Below are positions 60,837-64,000 of a stretch of 64,000 nt of DNA, one piece after another; within the stretch, counting starts at the first letter, position 1; each line of letters begins with the position of its first letter. A program made the translations under genes and the position numbers. A model generated the notes under the pieces. It made no database searches. It was not told the origin of the DNA and saw nothing but the letters and a program-made list of their open reading frames with translations. Source of the DNA: an uncultured delta proteobacterium. GTDB taxonomy: Bacteria; Myxococcota; B64-G9. The stretch lies in assembly GCA_963754925.1 (NCBI GenBank), contig CAVWHX010000003.1:192001-256000 (forward strand), written 5' to 3'.

Positions 60837-62537
60837 TCAACATGCTTTGCAAGCTCGACAGATGTCCGGTTGACACGGCGGTGTTGTAAGTTCGCTACAG
60901 GCGCGTTGGCGTTCGCTTGCCAAATAGACTGAAGCAACGCCGGTATCAACGATTCGCCAGGGTGGTGTGCTATCGGCAGGCCACGGTTCAAAAACGAGCC
61001 TCTCCCAACCGGGAATAAATTCCTCGAGCATTGCCTGCGAGGGCGGCCATGCGCCGTTGCAGGCAAGGAGGAGATCCGCGAAGCGCTCGTCGGCTCGATC
61101 CAACAGGCACTGGAGTATCGCTGCGCGCGGTGATTCCCCCGAGATCGTCACTCCCCCAAGACGCCGCAACCCTCCTTCAAGGAGCGTTTTTCGGCGTCGC
61201 AATTCCTTGAGGGATGGGATAGAACTCGTTTCAAAGGGCGTGTGCGGTTTCGGGATAAAGGGATTGATCGAAACCGTGATCTGCCCGGTGCGGCCCTTCT
61301 TTCGATGACCGGCAAGCAACCACTGCTGCACCCGGCCAACGAGGGCGAGCGTGGCCTGTAAGTCCTCGTCCTGTTCGGTGGGCAATCCGTACATGAAGTA
61401 CAGTTTAAGGTTCAAAATTCCGGCCTCGCCGAGAAGTCGCACCGCGGACTCAAGGGATTCCTGACCCGTGGTTTTATTGATAACCCGTGCAAGTCGTTCC
61501 GACCCAGTTTCAGGGGCCAACGTGACCGTTCGACTGCCGCCGCGGACAAGTTGGGCGATGAGAGCCGGACCGCTTTTACCTGCCAGCGCGCGCGGATCGA
61601 GCGAGGCTGGCGATAGATCGGCGCCGCAACGCGCCAACGCATCAATGATCAGCGGCAGCTCTGGATGCCACGCGAGGCTTGCGCCCACCAAGCCAATCCG
61701 CTGATTACTCTCGATTCCTGGACGGGCCGCAGCCAGAATTTGAGCAGCGGTAAAAAAACACGCTGGCCGACGTGAGAAACCTATGGCGCAGAAACGGCAG
61801 CCCGCTGGGCACCCGCGACCTGTTTCAACCAGGAACATACCCCGGAAGTGGCCTTCAGCATTCGAGAATACTTGAGCCATGGGCTGGCACACCGTATCGC
61901 TGTTAGCACGGGATGCCACCCGTGATGGTCTCCCTTCTGTTATTCCCGGGACTAATATTCCTGGTATGCCAGCGAGGGATTCAAGAAGCTCGCGCCTACC
62001 GCGTACCCGGCTTTCCGAAAGTATCTCGAGTATGGTCGGCAGGGTTGCTTCGGCATCACCGGGAACCAATAAATCAACAAACGGCACAAACAATTGCGGC
62101 GCCAGACGCACCGCTATCCCGCCGGCAAGAATGAGCGGGTGATTCCCAGCGCGCTCGGCGCGTTTCGGCGGTATTCCGGCAGAGCGCAGAAAAGCTGCAA
62201 GCCCGACGGCATGCTCCTCAAACGGCACGGTGAGAGCCACCAGCTCAAAATCGTCAACATGGCGGCCGGATTCAAGCGATCGGGGTTTTGCCGGCCGATC
62301 AGGCGTCGCTTCAAAAAATAACCGTTCGGCTAGGGCGTTTGGATACGCACTGATCATCCGGTATAAACCGTGCAGCGCCAGGCACGAACATCCTTCGGGC
62401 TCCGGGCCAAGGTAGACCACCAACGCCGACAGACGTCCTCCGGGCTCACGGCGCTGAGCTTCGGCCACGGCTCCCTGCGACGGCAGTCGATACCGCGGCT
62501 TATTCCTGGTTTTGGAGAACCTTGATGTTTTTTTCAA
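60837..62537 (-). CDS. Radical SAM protein (TIGR03960-like)
   Basis: ETGRGCPAGCRFC, TLAPETGSERL, KLYFMYGLPTE, FIPKPHTPF, C-terminal CxxxxCxxCxxC. Confidence 0.85.
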   Translation of the reverse strand: MKKTSRFSKTRNKPRYRLPSQGAVAEAQRREPGGRLSALVVYLGPEPEGCSCLALHGLYRMISAYPNALAERLFFEATPDRPAKPRSLESGRHVDDFELVALTVPFEEHAVGLAAFLRSAGIPPKRAERAGNHPLILAGGIAVRLAPQLFVPFVDLLVPGDAEATLPTILEILSESRVRGRRELLESLAGIPGILVPGITEGRPSRVASRANSDTVCQPMAQVFSNAEGHFRGMFLVETGRGCPAGCRFCAIGFSRRPACFFTAAQILAAARPGIESNQRIGLVGASLAWHPELPLIIDALARCGADLSPASLDPRALAGKSGPALIAQLVRGGSRTVTLAPETGSERLARVINKTTGQESLESAVRLLGEAGILNLKLYFMYGLPTEQDEDLQATLALVGRVQQWLLAGHRKKGRTGQITVSINPFIPKPHTPFETSSIPSLKELRRRKTLLEGGLRRLGGVTISGESPRAAILQCLLDRADERFADLLLACNGAWPPSQAMLEEFIPGWERLVFEPWPADSTPPWRIVDTGVASVYLASERQRACSELTTPPCQPDICRACKAC

Positions 62538-62778
62538 CAGAAGAGGCCTCTCGATAAAGAAATTTTATTTTATTGCAGGGCGTTATAGAGATTCTTCCTT
62601 TCCAACTATCAAAATCCGGTCTACGAGAAACGATTATGGTATCGCCATATTAAAGATCATCGCAGCGAGTTAACCCAGAACAGCTGGAGGAGTCAACCTA
62701 TGAATTTTCTTGAGTTCTTAACATGACCGACAGATCCCTAATACTTGGCAACAATGCGCGGAAAAAAATGATTTTTTG

Positions 62779-62812
62779 TTGACTTATAACGTCAATAATA
62801 TAAGATGTTATA
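62779..62812 (+). promoter_or_regulatory. Sigma70-like promoter with overlapping inverted repeat
   Basis: TTGACT-N16-TAAGAT; TATAACGTC-N10-GATGTTATA palindrome. Confidence 0.45.
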
Positions 62813-62891
62813 TGAAAATGACGCCTGCAAATCGCATCAAATATCGGGGAACAACTTATTCAGGTACTTCTGGGCAAAAAAGGAGTCGACT

Positions 62892-63554
62892 ATGTTTGAA
62901 GCTATCGTAGAACCCTTCAGTGAAGGTGGCTGGGGAATGTACCCAATTGCGTTAATAGCGTTGTGTGTGATCATCATCACCGGGGAGCGCATCGCCTTTC
63001 TATTCTTCCAAGCCAGGATCAACAAAGCCGATTTCGTAAACACCATGCATAAGTACCTTTTCCAAGGCAACCTGCAACGCGCCATAACCTACTGCTCATC
63101 ACAGCACGCCCCGCTCGCCAATATCATCAAGGCGGGATTACTGCGCATCGATGGCTCGGAGCAGGAAATTCAGTCCGCCATGGATGAAGTAGCTCTTCAG
63201 GAAATGCCGCGAATCGAGAGACGTACCGGCTATCTGGCGATGCTTGGAAACGTCGCCGTTCTCGCCGGCTTGCTCGGCACCATCACCGGCCTTATCCGTT
63301 CATTTGCGGCGGTGTCGGCCGCTGACGCCGCCGAGAAGGCGGTGTTGCTCGCGAAAGGTATCTCGGAAGCCATGAACTGCACTGCTTTTGGCTTGGGTAC
63401 CGCGATCCCGACCCTGGTTCTCTTTTCGATTCTATCGGGCACTACCCAGCACTTGATCGATGACATCAATGAAAGCACGGTTCGAATGTTGAATCTCATC
63501 CTGGCTAACAAGGACAAGCTGAATACAGCCGATGTTCGCGCCTCGGCTGAATAA
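62892..63554 (+). CDS. MotA/TolQ/ExbB proton-channel protein, AglR-like
   Basis: GGWGMYPI, RTGYLAMLGN...GLLGT, GISEAMNCTAFGL; recalled as close to myxobacterial AglR. Confidence 0.85.
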   Translation: MFEAIVEPFSEGGWGMYPIALIALCVIIITGERIAFLFFQARINKADFVNTMHKYLFQGNLQRAITYCSSQHAPLANIIKAGLLRIDGSEQEIQSAMDEVALQEMPRIERRTGYLAMLGNVAVLAGLLGTITGLIRSFAAVSAADAAEKAVLLAKGISEAMNCTAFGLGTAIPTLVLFSILSGTTQHLIDDINESTVRMLNLILANKDKLNTADVRASAE

Positions 63555-63621
63555 GTTTTCCGAGCGGGGAACATTTGTGACTCTTTGACGCTCTCGTTAG
63601 TCAGTCGAGGAGGATGTATCT

Positions 63622-64000
63622 ATGGCCAATGTCAGTGCCCCGGGAGGACGCAGCGGCGGCGGGAAAAAGTCGGTCAATGTGGAATTCAATCTGGTTCCCT
63701 TTATTGACCTGCTGACCTGTTTGATCTGTTTTTTGCTCATGGCCGCGGTTTGGATTCAGATCGGCAAGATCTCGGTCACCCAGTCCGGTCAAGGCCCCAA
63801 CACTGAACAGAACATGGATCAAAAAGAACAGGTTAACCTCACTATTGCGATCACCCCGCAAGGATATCTTATCACCGAAAACGGGCAGAAAGTCTTCGAC
63901 GTTCTTAAAAAAGACGACAAATACGATCTCGGCACCCTTGGCAGTAAACTGGGCGAACTGCACAACAATTACCAAGACAAGAAGGACATCGTGGTAATGA
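63622..64000 (+). CDS. ExbD/TolR-family protein, AglQ-like (runs off the window)
   Basis: GGAGG RBS; MANVSAPGGRSGGGKKSVNVEFNLVPFIDLLTCLICFLLMAAVWIQ with the conserved TM Asp; open to 64000. Confidence 0.85.
   Translation, partial: MANVSAPGGRSGGGKKSVNVEFNLVPFIDLLTCLICFLLMAAVWIQIGKISVTQSGQGPNTEQNMDQKEQVNLTIAITPQGYLITENGQKVFDVLKKDDKYDLGTLGSKLGELHNNYQDKKDIVVM

Overview
Bacterial genomic DNA, most consistent with an uncultured Myxococcota/deltaproteobacterium (GltJ/AgmX-like and AglR/AglQ-like gliding components, several TIGR02265/DUF2378-like genes). About 24-64 kb is mostly GC-rich core genome: rlmN, mtnP, lnt, sucCD-korDABC, pyk, zapA-6S RNA-rny-ymdB, an Hsp70 paralogue, epmA, def, HU, plsB, an MCP, HMG-CoA reductase, coaBC, IHF, a radical SAM gene and a TolQ/TolR-like pair. 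About 5-23 kb is a compositionally mixed accessory region. It holds an IS1182 element inserted in a hairpin, three type II TA modules plus a remnant, and two HEPN-like genes. These are separated by two families of co-oriented palindromic repeats (GTAG-type REPs and a ~60-bp hairpin element), giving a cassette-array-like layout with no integrase or RAYT in view; this is the best candidate for an undescribed system. Other leads are a heavily structured ~300-nt rny leader, a nested inverted-repeat cluster that supplies the stop codons of two convergent genes, four dispersed V4R/H-NOX-like paralogues, and a possible 3'-UTR sRNA after a Spy/CpxP gene. Five single-base frameshifts look like sequencing indels. 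All family calls come from motif recognition by eye; no searches were run.
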